A stretch of 64,000 nucleotides of DNA, taken from the NCBI RefSeq assembly GCF_009914755.1, contig NC_060931.1. One strand, written 5' to 3'. The position numbers and the translations under genes are program-made. Below are positions 50,756 through 64,000 of the stretch, piece after piece. The notes under the pieces are model-generated. The model had not been told where the DNA came from and searched no databases. It was given only the letters and a program-made list of their open reading frames with translations. Source of the stretch: the human T2T-CHM13v2.0 reference genome, Homo sapiens. Each line of letters opens with the position of its first letter. Position 1 is the first letter of the stretch.

Positions 50756-52067
50756 ACCCAACTCTAATAAAATGATTATGGGAAGACATATTCAGAGCAG
50801 ACTTAGTCTGCATTTGTGACAAGGGACAAAGGGCAGCGGTGGGATGCTGGACCTGGAATGTCTAGGAGAGTGGTCCAGCTCTTCTCTACCTGTGAGACTC
50901 TGGCTGGGTTGCCTGTCTGGTCTCAGTAGGTCCCGAGTTGCTCTACTGCAATAAAGGGTTGGGGAGGTTAGATCCGACCATCTTAGGGATCTCTCTCCAG
51001 CTGCATGGCTCTGTAGTTCCATTTGATTGGATGTTACCTGTTGGACCACACAAATGGACAGGTCCTACGCTATGCCCTCGTGAGATCTCTGCAGACCCAG
51101 CACCAATGTTGCAGGAATCCTCCTGCCAGTGACACAGTTAGGTGTCCCCCTGGTTACCTGGGCCTGGGTATGACTGAGCTAGAAAGCTGAGGCTCACCCT
51201 CCTGCTTCCAGAGTCTTCTCCCTCAGGCCTGAGGCTTGGGGCTTTTGCACTGTGTACCTCTGCCACTTGAAACTCTCTGGGGAGCTGAGCAAAACAGCAC
51301 TCAGGGCCAAGTGTGGACAGGGCTGCCTGTGTCTCTAGAGCTGGGCCCACCCCGGAGATAAGGAGATCGTCAGGTGGTCTCATGAGGCAGCAGGGCACAC
51401 TAAAGTAAACTTTCCTTTCCTGAAAAATGTTAGTAAGAAAAAACTGCAAACGAAAAGAGCTTTCAGAGTGTTTGGGGGAAGGCCCTCTGCTGGGGAGGAA
51501 TGTGAGGAGTGAGAGAGACAATGCTTGGGCACCATTCTAAATTATCTGCATGAGGAGAAGGAAGGGAACAGCTTGGGGGCACAGGAATTCGCCCCTCACT
51601 TTGGAATGCCCCACCTTACTGTTTTCCTTATTAGATTTGTCTTGTTGATGATTTTAGACTGAGACTAATGTTAATATGAGTTTAGATTCTGTCTGCACAG
51701 GCCAAGGGGTTGGTGGAGAAATGTTTGGAAGTGTTTTGGGTTTCAGAGGAAATTCCTTGCAGGATTAAAGAATTTTCTCTGGATAGCCCTCAAAATAGAG
51801 TTTAGGGTATAGTTACAGTACAGGAGAGTAAGGAAGGGTAAAATCATCATACTGCAAGTCAAACAAGAATGAGAAAGAAAGTGGGCTTTTCAAAAGAAGT
51901 TTGACAATATCTTTAGTCCTTAACCAATGATTTTAAGTCTAATTCTACCTTTATTTTGAAAGCTCAAGAGTTCTAGTCTTCGGAGTTGTCATTTGGGGGT
52001 GGAGATAGGGGCAGGATGTACACACAGTTGTCACCCTGAGAAAAGGGGCCACTAAGAGAGGTTGTAT

Positions 52068-52181
52068 GGGACACACAAGAATCACCTGAACCCAGGAGGC
52101 AGAGGTTGCAGTGAGGTGAGATTGAGCCACTGTCCTCCAGCCTGGGCAACAGAGTGAGACTCTGTCTCAAAAAAAAAAAAA
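52068..52181 (+). mobile_element. 5'-truncated Alu (part of right arm) with TSD gagaggttgtat
   Basis: TSD on both sides, poly-A tail. Confidence 0.88.
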
Positions 52182-52630
52182 GAGTGAGAGGTTGTATCCC
52201 TTAATATCCCTGGATTAATATCTTTCATATCCTTGGATATTAAAGAAAGTAGTAGACAGCATTAGGTTGATTTCATCTGGGCAGCACCAGATACTTGTGG
52301 GGCTTCTGACTTGGCAGGTCTCAGGTAGGGTCTCCACTTCTTTATTTCAAAAAGCTTCAGAGATGACTGTAAATCAACACAATTGTCTGTTGTCACCCCT
52401 GCTTCCTTCTCCCCCAGGTCCAAACCCACCGTTGAGGATCACTGTTGGCTGTATTCTGGGCACTTACTGCCTAAAAATGGACTAGTCTGTGAAGGTTCTT
52501 CCTGCACTATGCACCTGCACGATACACCTAAAATCTTAATTTGCCTTTAACAGCTGTACCCCACAGGAACCTATGAGGTCTTCAAAATGGGAGAACTTGG
52601 GATTGACTTTTTTCTTCCCACTCATTTAAG

Positions 52631-52711
52631 TGCACTTTGAACCATGTGTAGACTGCGGGCACTTTAGAAAGAAGCTGAGACTGAAAAGTCTGTCTTGACT
52701 TCCAAGGAAGG
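52631..52711 (+). other. Candidate 81-nt non-coding exon
   Basis: ttgacttttttcttcccactcatttaag|...ggaagg|gtaagt; stops in all three frames. Confidence 0.35.
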
Positions 52712-52827
52712 GTAAGTCCCTGTTTGCAGCCCCGGGGCCTGCTCATTGTTAAGTTTGTGTTTCAAACAACATACTTTGTGAGCAGTTAAATATGATGGAT
52801 AATATAATTTTAGATTTATAATTGCTC

Positions 52828-53369
<542 letters not shown>

Positions 53370-53918
53370 TTACTTTTATCAATCACTCCTTTGGCAAGCG
53401 GCTTTTCCTTTTCCTCAGTTTGCATTCAAAGCCTTCCACGATCTGGTTCCAATGTGATTTTCAAACTGGCTTCTCTCATAGCTCCTGCAACCCACTTTCG
53501 TTGCTTCAAGTTGACTGGCTGCCTCACTGTTGTTTTTTCCTTCAATGCTGTAATAATGGCATAGGATTATATCATTAGAATGATGAATGTATCTTGACTT
53601 AACTACTCCCCAATTGCTGAACATTTTTCTATTTCCCTTCTCTGTGTTTTACTTTGCCAGGAAGGGTGTCTAAGGAATCATGCAGTCTAGTGGCTTTCAG
53701 CTTTGGCCAGTCACTGGAGTATGGGATTACTCCATACTCCATGGGAAGGGATGGATGGGAAGGTGGGAGGGAGGTGGGAGTGTTATAAAACTCTCAATGG
53801 AGTTATGCATATAGGAAAAGGCACAAATCACACATGTGCTGCTGGATGCCTATTCACAAACAAAATCCCCACGTAACCAGCATCTGGATCAGAAATGACA
53901 TTCCCAGCACCCCAGAAA

Positions 53919-54193
53919 GGCTGGGGTGTAGTGGCTCATGCCTGACGGGTGAATCACTTGTGTTCTGGAGTTCGAGACCAGCCTGGGCAACATGGGGAAA
54001 CGCCCGTCTCTACTAAAAATACAAAAAAAATTAGCTGGGCATGGTGGTGCATGCCTGTAGTTCCAGCTCCTTGGGAGACTGAGGTGGGAGGATTGAATAA
54101 GCCCAGGAAGTCGAAGCTGCAGTAAGCTGTGATCTTGCCATTGCACACCAGCCTGGGCAACAGAGTGAGATCCTGTCTCAAAGAAAAAAAAAA
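53919..54193 (+). mobile_element. AluJ-like with internal deletion near its 5' end
   Basis: gctcatgcctg|acgggtgaatcac skips about 30 nt. Confidence 0.88.
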
Positions 54194-55476
54194 AGTCTCA
54201 CCTTCAGATTGGTCATTTGATAGCTGGATTTCTGGATCTGAGGTAAACCCAGGAATTTGCATTTTTCAGATTCTCCTCAGGGGCCTCCCATTTACCACTA
54301 GACTTGAAGACTACTCATCTACCAAGGATTTTCAAAGGGTGCCCCTCAGGTGTCCCCCTGGGGATGTGGGGGTAGAGACAGGGAGCCGTCAGCTCTGCCT
54401 TTCCATGGATCAAAATCACTGGAATCTCTTTCTTATACTGGGCCTCCTTCGGTAGATAGCAATCCTTCAAACAACCATAATCTTGAAAACCACCCATATC
54501 AGCTCTCAAGGGAAGAAGCAGAACACAAGGATTAATACAGTACAGACATATCTATCAGCATTTACATGAATTTATTTCAGGTATTGACCTTTTGCAATAG
54601 TAAGAGCTGGTTAAGCAGCTTCTACAAGGTGGTTGTTTTTGCATCTGATGTGAGTATGTGAGGTTCACAGGACAGGCAGTCGGGAAGAACAATTGCGAAT
54701 TCACAGGCCTTAACTGGAACCTCATGAAGATGGACTGAAACTCATGTCACTTCTTGTTGCCTTTGACCTCGATGGTACAAATGTCCTGCAGAAGCTGCAG
54801 CTCTTCAGCATGGAGCTAAATGCACACACCTGGCCCAGGAGTCAGAGAAGCTGAAGGAGGATCCAGAAGGTGGAACAGTTGCAGGCCCGGCTGGCAAATG
54901 AGTGACAACGTATGTGTTGCAAAGTGCTGCTGCCTTTCCATCCTTGGAATCTCCCAAGAATTTCTCTTAGGCTCCATCCCAATTAGAAACTCACAGGACA
55001 GGGAATTCTAGGAAATGTAGTTCACCCTAGTCTAGGATGTGTGACAGCCACCACACCACCCTCTGACTATCATTCCCATGCTTGGCTACCACTGGAACTA
55101 TGCAGAGTGTTAGCTTCCCAGGTGGCTCAAACATGTAGTTGAGGCTGAGAAGCACTGGCTGTCAACTGTCACGTGGATGTGAACTTTGAGACTGCCCCAA
55201 CCCAGGTCCCAAGAAGATAAATTCTACACTTTTTTCATCGCAAGAAGAGCATAAAAAGGTCTGGTTATTTTTCCTAAGGTCCTAAAATGTGGCTTTTCTC
55301 ATTATCCTGCCTTCCTCCTGTCTGTCTTGTCTCAGCTAACCCAGCTACAACCTTCCTGTAGTCCTCAACACAGTGGCCGCACCCTGAACAAAGCCCTCCC
55401 TTGTTTACCCTCCCGGTACAAAGTGGATTAAGAGCACAGCTGGAAGACCCCAAGATCATCCAAATGCCACCAAGCT

Positions 55477-55510
55477 CATAGTGAATTGAAGACCATAGTG
55501 AATTGAAGAC
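55477..55510 (+). repeat. 17-bp perfect tandem duplication
   Basis: catagtgaattgaagac x2. Confidence 0.92.
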
Positions 55511-56914
55511 TCAGAAGTTTTCACTATTAGGCTTCTAAATAAAGCATCTTTTCCTCTGTGACACAGACTAATTAAATGATTGTAACACAGCCAAGTGGTC
55601 AGTGAACACTTAACCACTGTGATGTGAGCCACAGAGCTGGTGAGAGCCAGTGCTGCAGACTCACAGGTGGCTGAGCTGCTGCTGCTGAGTCTTTCTCAAG
55701 GACGGCTGAAGGAGAAGCCACTGGAGGAGATAGGGGCGGTTGTAGAAGTGGGAAAAGAGTTGGGGGCTGGAAAGAGCTCTGGTGCAAGTTGCAGCTCTGC
55801 AACTAAGTGGCCACTGGGGTTTGCACAAGTCACTTAAATTTTCTAAACCTCAACATCAGCCCTACCTCCTGCACAGGATAATTGAGACATCAAATGAGAG
55901 AATACACGTGATACAGTCTGGGAGGAAGAAAGTCCAAAAGCACGGACATTCTGTGTTAGTAGTTTTAACTCTGTTATAGATGACACTGGTATAAGGTGAA
56001 GATTATCTAGTTTATAGATGGATTTTTATTTAGATATTTTGCTTTCTTTTTCCTATCTATGATGTGGTTGTTTCTAAAGAGGTCTGCTGGAGTGTGAGAT
56101 TGACACAAGTGACTAAAATGGGATCTTTGGGATTAACTTTGGGTTTTTATTATTTATGCTCTCCCTCTCCTCTCCATTACAGCAGACAGCTGAAGACAGG
56201 CTGAACCACCCATTCTACACTCTGGAAATAAGTTTACATAGAAAGAACCCTTCTAAGAAAAAGCAACAGCTAACTCATCTTTCAGAGCATCCTTGAGGAG
56301 TAAAACTGGGAAAGGATCAGGCAGTGCTGCTCTATGTTTATTGGTATGTTCACTATTTATGGGAGTTTTCTCTTTCAGAATCATATTTTCAGCTTCTTGA
56401 GGGCAGGTCTGAATCCTGATGAGGCTTTCTGTCTGCATTAGTGCCTGGGACAGTGCAGTAGAAAGGATGTGGGTTGTAAGGATCCAAAGTTCTGAGATCT
56501 AGTTACAGCTCTGCCCCCCCAAAAGCCATTTTAATCCTTCTCGGTCTCAGTTTCCTCTCTGTAAGGTGGGAATTACCCACTGCATGGGAGTATTGTATAG
56601 CACAAATTAGACAATCTGTGGGAAAATACTTCTATGACCCAAAACGTGCTGTGCAAGAGGGATAGACTGCGGTAAGAGCTCTGACGTCTCAAGAACTCTA
56701 TACTGGTTGATTTTCCTGTTGAGGATAGGCAGGCACAGAGCACAGGTGGTCGACCCTGGGCTTCAGACGGGAAAACACTCAGGAGTGGAGGAGAGGGGAA
56801 GGACATCCCTGGCAGCCCCTGGAGAGACCACAGACACTTTCTCACTGCCCATCTTGGAAGATCTCTGCACTATCTCTTTTGCTTCAAGCTGTTTGTTAGT
56901 CTGGTCCCTTGTTT

Positions 56915-57334
<420 letters not shown>

Positions 57335-60122
57335 TGAGCACCTACTATGTGCCAAGCACTGTGCCAAGAATTGAGAATTGAATGGTAAGCAAAACCAGGT
57401 AAGGTCCCTGCCCTCATGGGGTGGAATCTGGCCTGTTTCTTCCCAAACATGACTTGAGTTTGGACTCAAGCCTATGCACTAAGTCCTGTGGGTACCATCC
57501 AGCCCTGGGGACAGACATAAATGTTGTGTTTTAGTGGGATTCCAGATATAAGCTGAAAAATATCAACAAGTTTAGGCCAGGTCCAACAAGGAAAAAAGAA
57601 AAGGCAAAACTCCCAGCAACCTCTTTTTTGGGTCTTCCTTCCTGTGCCCTCATCGCCGGTTTCCAGAGTCATACTCTTTATGGTTTTACCCTCTTTTGGA
57701 ACTCTCACCTAACTCATTCATATTAAGGTGTTTCCTTCTCTAGAAGCACTGAATTTAACAGGGAAAAAAACCTTAAAGAAATGATACCCCAGCTGGAGGG
57801 ATGTTAGAGGACATCCTAAATCACACCACTAGGGTAGTCATTTCAGAATGGCACTTTCAGGGGCAACAGGTATAGAGGAAATGGGTGCTGGCAGCAGGGA
57901 TGGGTTCCCTTAAGCAAATCTCTGTGCTCTTTAAACATTACTCAAGGTAAGGAGGGGAAAGGCAGGGAGCAATATGGCTGCCATCAGGGTCCTTGTTTTT
58001 GTTTAGAGGAGGTGAGTTTGCAAGGGCTTATTCCATTACTATAAGTGATAACTACATTATTCACTGTATAAATGAACGTGGAAAAAAATAAAGACCAGGG
58101 GAGTCTTCTGTAGCCAGAGCCTAGAAAAGCCCCATCCACTGGTCCTCTTTTTAAATTTTTCTCTAATTTCTGACCAAGCTGTCAGACAATCCTACTGGTG
58201 AATTTCCAGCTGGAATTTCAATTTCCCTCTTAGTGAGAAAAGTGAGACACATTTTATTATTAGATCCTAATCCCTAAAGTGAAATTCCCGAAAGACTGTT
58301 GGTTACGTGAACCCTGAGTAGACTCATTAAAAGAAAAGCTTTGTATTGTAAAATAAAGCATGGGCACTGAACACCACACGAAAGAGATGCTCTGCGTTGG
58401 GAGGGATGGGAAGGGCAACATCCAGGTAACCGTCATGCAGGTGGAGACACAGAACTTTGCCAAGCACCCCACTCCATGTGTCTGGTCTGCTTGTAGCCAC
58501 CCACCTCCCTCCAAAAGTAAGCAGACTCCTGGCTCCACAGTCTTTGTGTCCTTGTGTGTGTTTATGATGTCATCACCCACGCGTGTATCGTCAGAGGCTG
58601 CATTTCAGTCCTCCCATTTTTTGCATGCCTTTTAAACTTATTTTAAGTGACCAATTTCCCCCTCATTCTTTTCCTTACAATTTTTCTGTTGAAGACTCTT
58701 GCTGTCCAATCTGCAGTTTCTCACTGTCTGGATTTTGCCCTTGATGCATGCCAATATGTCCAAATGCACTCATTTTCATGCAAATAATCACCCATTTAAA
58801 AAAACTCTGTTTGCCAGCCATGTTCTTAAGGAGGGCACAACCCACCATAATCACTTTCTCATGAGCATGTGGGCAAAGGGAGTGCTCACAATAGAGGTAA
58901 TGAGACAGAGAGAAAAATGTGAATGTGATTTATGAAAAAGAAATATATATATTTCCAATTGGAAGCGACCAGGGAATGCTTCTCTTTAATGCCTTTCAAT
59001 ATAGTTTGCTTTAGTAGGAAACACATTTGGAAAGGGATTTGGCATCATGTTGTACTCTAGGGTCCAGGGTTGCATGCATTAGTTTTTATCAAAGATGACT
59101 GCATAATAGGAACCTGGATGTAGCAAAAACCTAAGGAATCTAAACCACTAACCAAGCTCACCAAATGTAATAAATATAAATCACAGATGAAAGGAAGATT
59201 AAATCTGGCTATTCACTTATGCAAGAAATGAAAGCTTTAAGATTTTTTTTCGTTTTCTAATCTCAGCAGGCAGGCCCATGAACATAATTATTAGTATTTT
59301 CAAGGCTTGATCAAATATTGGCTAATAAAGAACTCATTCACTTAACGGTGATGACCTCCAGGTACCTGCAGTAAGTCCAGAACCCTAAATTATATGCTCC
59401 AGAGCTACGGCACCTACATGATGGACAAAATAAATGAATAGTGTTATACTAGTAGATGGGAGTTTTTTTTAACACTTAAAATTAAATATGCCTGAATTAA
59501 ATACCTGTTTCGATTTGCAGAGGGGGAAAAAAGCTCCCAAAAGATGGATATGATAAAAGGCTCCCTTCACACCCAACAGACTACAAATACTACCTTCAAA
59601 ACCATCACAGCATTAGTTGTACAGTCACGAAAGGGGCCAAAAAGACATAGAGGGGAATAAAAGAAATTAGGCGAGGGCCTAAATGAGCACATGCTCGCTC
59701 TCTATTCTTATTTCTTTCCTTGGTTTTCCTAGGGATTGTATTTTTGAAAAAAAAAATCAGGTTTGTGAGGCCTCCTCTCTGCTCACATTCACTAGAGAGA
59801 AGGTAAGGACAAAAAGGGATAGGGAGGGAAAAGATAATCACAAGAAGGATGGAGGCAAATTTCACAGGCAGACTGATATCTTCCTTGGGCTCAGGAGTTT
59901 TAAAACTCTGCTTGCAAGATTAGGTTCTTGCTTTTATAGTATAGATGGTAAGAGATTTCCAACTCTGATTTTACAATGCTCTGGGGTATATGCAATTATT
60001 ATGATGTGTGCATTTAAAATTCTCAAAGCCAAATTAATTTGAATTCTTTTTCACCAAAAAGGCAGACATTCAAAAGCTTTTTTTTTTTTTTTTCAGTTAC
60101 CATCCTAGTCTACCTTTCTGTA

Positions 60123-60433
60123 TTTTTTTTTTTTTTTTTTTTGAGACAGGTCTCACTCTGTCACCCAGACTGGAGTGCAGTGGCACGGTCACAGCTCACT
60201 ACAGCCTCCATCTCCGGGGCCCAAGGAGCGATCCTCCCACCTCAGCCCCCTAAGTAGCTTGGGCTACAGGCATGCAAAACCCCGCCTGGCTAATTTTGAC
60301 ATTTTTTTTTTTTTGTAGCAATAGGGTCTCATTATATTGCCCAGGCTGGTCTCAAACTCTTGGGATCAAACAATCCTCCTGCCTCAGCCTCCAAAAGTAC
60401 TGGGATTACAGGTGTGAGCTACCATGCCTGGCT
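60123..60433 (-). mobile_element. AluJ-like
   Basis: Full dimer. Confidence 0.92.
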
Positions 60434-61989
60434 CTTTTTGAAAGATTTGATACTCCTTGGAATTTACCCTGCCTGGGCCCTGGTACACAGTTGCTCTGTT
60501 TCAAGGCTAAGTACTTGTCTTCCCAGCTGGCTGGTGCTCTTCTTCCAGGCCCTCTCTGGATCACTAGGAATTCCATAGTTCTTCCCTAAGCCTTTTTTCC
60601 ATCCTTGTCCCTCTTCCGAGTCCCTACTCCAAAACCCCTCATGGACTGCTCTCTTCTTGAGGTTTCCCACCTCGGCCTCTAAGAGCTATGGTGGAATGAA
60701 ATTCCTGGTGGGCAGGCTGGGCTGGCTCCCAGCAGTGATATGTGAAGGGGGAAGCAGAACTTCGCAAGGGGAATAAACCTATCAGGGCCTTCCATGCTTC
60801 CATCAGCTCACTTCTCCTCCTGGGCTGGGCTCAATCTAAGTATGTTACATCCATGACGGTGATTAATCCTCATACCACCTCTCTGAGAAGCATGATTATA
60901 CCCATTTTCCACACATGAGAAGATTTACACTCAGTCAGAGCAGGAGCTAGACAAGGCTGGCTGAGCAGTGAACCTTGCTCCCAGCCCGGCTCTGAACCAT
61001 CACACTCTTCAGTGTGAAGCAGGAGATTTTAGCCTCACGTTTCTGGACATTGGAAGGACTCAAGAGCTTTGGGGTTTGCTCCTTTGGTAGCCAGTGGAGG
61101 ACAGATCAGTGGTGACAGGTTCTGGCTCTGTGGCCCCCTGCCATGCCACTCTGAAAGGGGGCCCTCCCCTGCCTGTGCCTAGGCCTCCCTGGCCACCACC
61201 CAGTTTTTCCATGAGGGTCTACCGCAGAATGCAGGTGTGAAGTCTTTACTCTGTACCTCCCTACACTGCCCAGGGTAGAATGTGCTGGTTCTTCTCAGGA
61301 CTGTGCCATCTGTAGATAGACCAGGGCCTTAGCCTTCCTTCTTAGCAAACGAAGTGTATCAGTTCATAGGAAACCACTCTGCTGATGACACTCAACATCT
61401 GAACACAGGACAGTAAAAAAGGCCCTTGATTTGGGAGGTACGGGGAAGAGAATGGAGACAGGCACGATTCTGTCTTTACATCTTGAGCCATCCCTGCGGA
61501 AGGGGGTCCGTGGGGTGGCCGGGGGTGGTAAGGCTTCAAATCCTTTCTTTGAACCATTTTAAAGTTTTCTTGCATGTTGCCTCCTTTCCCCATAAACCCA
61601 TGTAACACATCACCAACTACTACACAGAAAATGTTAAATATATAATAAATATACTAAATTATATAAAAATATTATTTAGTGGCCTTTTTTTTAGTTTATT
61701 CTTACTTTTTTTTTTTTTTTAATCCAGGTACCCAATTTTATCAGCCACGTTTGGAGTAATGGGTTGATGAATGTTGATACAGTCATGGGGTTTCATTTAT
61801 TCATTATGTCTTCCTTCTTCTGTGGGAGGCAGCGCTGAGATGATAAATGCTGGGCTCAGATCCAGCTTGGGCCACTCACTCCCAAGATTCATACACAAAC
61901 AGACCAGCTTGATCAGGGCCCAGCAGGGAGGTGAGGCTTAAACCTCCTCGCTGGAGGAGGAGCCAATAAGAAGACTGGCAGCTTGGATA

Positions 61990-61993
<4 letters not shown>

Positions 61994-62035
<42 letters not shown>
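61994..62035 (+). repeat. (TG)n microsatellite
   Basis: Direct reading. Confidence 0.95.
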
Positions 62036-62039
<4 letters not shown>

Positions 62040-62789
62040 CAGAGTGACCTATCCCAGGTGGATGCTGGGAGTGGTGGCAGGAAGTGGGGTGTGATCAGAG
62101 AGACAGGAAAATGCTCAGAGAAATGTGTGATAGCTCAGATAGGTCTCAAACCACAAGGCCCTGTCTACACATCCAGCACGATTCCTTCTGGAACACAGGG
62201 AGTTAAAGATGAAACAACTCTAGAAACTGAAACCAATTATCCATGGCAATTTATTAAATAACTAAGGTTTCTAGGCCTTATTAAAATAAATGTTTAGTGT
62301 ATTTTCTTATTCTCTGACATTCAGTTCTTTACTTGTCAGCACCTGCTGGCAGCAGCTGGAGTAATCTTACCAATTTTGCCATATGTGCAAATCAATTTGA
62401 TTTCCGCCCCCCCCAAAGATAGAAATCAGTAAAGTGATTAAGTTACAATTAAGGCATGTCATTGAAAGCCCAGATAACATGAAAAGGCTGAGGAGGAATC
62501 AGCTGGAGGTCACCAGTGATTTCCTTCCACCCAGGTTAAATGATTTTCCCCCCTCATTCTCCTGCCTGCTCTACTGCATGTGACACTGTGGATGAATCAA
62601 CAAGCCTCCTCCTACTTCTGGGAAGTCTCTCCTTTTTCTGGCTTCCATCATGCTTTCCATATGCCAAGTTCTCCTCTTGTCACTCATACTGGCCCCCTAA
62701 CTGTTAATCTGTCTGTCCATCTATCCAACCATCCACCCATCCAATAGATGTTTAATGACCCAGTGTGTCATGCACTGGGAAAAGTGACA

Positions 62790-63715
62790 AAGGATATTTA
62801 TGTATGGTTTTACAGTTAAAAAAATGCTTTTCCATATATTATTTAATTAAATTCCTGCTACAACCATATGAGGGGGCTGTTAGGATCCCCATTATTTTAT
62901 ATATGAGGAAACAGGCTCTGAGAGGATCTGCAATTTATTTAAAACAGCACAGCCAGCAGGTGGCAGGGTCTAGACATGAATTCAGGTTTTCATCCCATTA
63001 AGAATTCCTAATGGTACTCTCCTATATACTGGTGAGGTATAATTTCTCAACTAGCCTCACTGTTCCTAATGAAATGTCACGCTCCAGCTATCACGTATTA
63101 ACTGAGACTATGTTAGGCTCTGAGGGATGCAAAGACTGAGTCCCCATCCTCACAGAGCTTGTGGCTGAGTTGGGAAGGCAGACATTAAACATTTCTGTTC
63201 ACACAAGAAATACTTGTTTTCAACATATAAGGGAGAGCTCATCTAGTTGTGAAAATTAGGGGAGTCTTCCAGAAGGAAGTAATCATTAAGATGCAGTCTG
63301 AAGGATGAGTCAGAGTTAGCTTTGGAAAGCGGGGATGAAAGAAAATCACATGTACAGAGGGAAAAGCATGTATGTGCAAGGGCCTGTGGCAGAAAGACCC
63401 AATGTGCTGAAATTTTGAAGGCCAGCTTGACTGGAATATAGACAATGAAAGGGAGCCTGGCACAGGATGTGGCCCAGACCACACAAGACTTTGTAGCCAT
63501 GATAATGATTTTTACTTTTAGCTTAAGAGCAAAGGGAAGCCACAAGTCAAGAGAATGACATGATGAACTTTGATTTTGATTCTGACTTCTGCGTGCAGAA
63601 TGAATTGTAGAGGAGCAAGAGTGGAAGCAGGAACAGCTGGAAGGCTTTTGCAGTTGTCCAGGTGGGAATTGATGGCAGCTTAGACCAGCTTTGTGGTGGT
63701 GAAAATGAAGAGAAG
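62790..63715 (-). mobile_element. MIR (about 62790-63000) and L2 (about 63090-63715) fragments
   Basis: atgaggaaacaggctctgagagg; gtgcaagggcctgtggcagaaa...gaattgtagaggagcaagagtggaagcagg. Confidence 0.7.
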
Positions 63716-64000
63716 AACCCCACAGGTACCCCCTGCTCTGCTCAAGCCCATTTCCTTACTAGATCCTGACACCAGAGTGTGCTCACGAATTTGCAGTGAA
63801 TGGAAGCTTGTCCACACTTCAGGGCTCTGCTGGAGTCTCCTCTTCCAGGAAGCCGTCTCCAGACAATGCCAGTCCTCTGAGATCTTTCAGAAGTTGTACG
63901 TCTCTTCTGCGTTTTCCATTCTCACACCTGATGCTTCTCTATGGCTTGGCTGCTCTCTGGTCCACTCCTGGAGATGCCTTCATTTCTCCTGTTGTCTTGC

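Noticed and set aside
61342-61608. 88-aa minus-strand ORF in unique sequence
   Set aside because: Non-ATG annotated start, no recognisable homology and no clear splice boundaries

Overview
Primate (human-like), Alu-dense, intronic or intergenic DNA. I could not recognise a protein-coding gene. The ORF track is explained by Alu, LTR and simple-repeat artefacts, and only a few isolated splice-site-bounded exon candidates were seen. Much of the window is interspersed repeat: about 40 Alu copies, a full-length MST MaLR provirus with a nested THE1 LTR, MLT1/MER21/MER54-like LTRs, Tigger4b, MADE1, MER5/MER20, L1M, L2 and MIR. The most unusual signal is a cluster of local templated copy-paste events of different ages. 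Four 117-480 bp segments were copied from donors 0.6-2.3 kb away (two inverted, two direct), several with fold-back palindromes or flanking duplications at their junctions. Several micro-scale templated insertions also occur. There is also a tailless 5'-half tRNA-Gly(TCC) insertion inside an Alu and a head-to-head fused Alu pair. Repeat subfamily names come from recalled consensus sequences, and coordinates and identities were read by eye.
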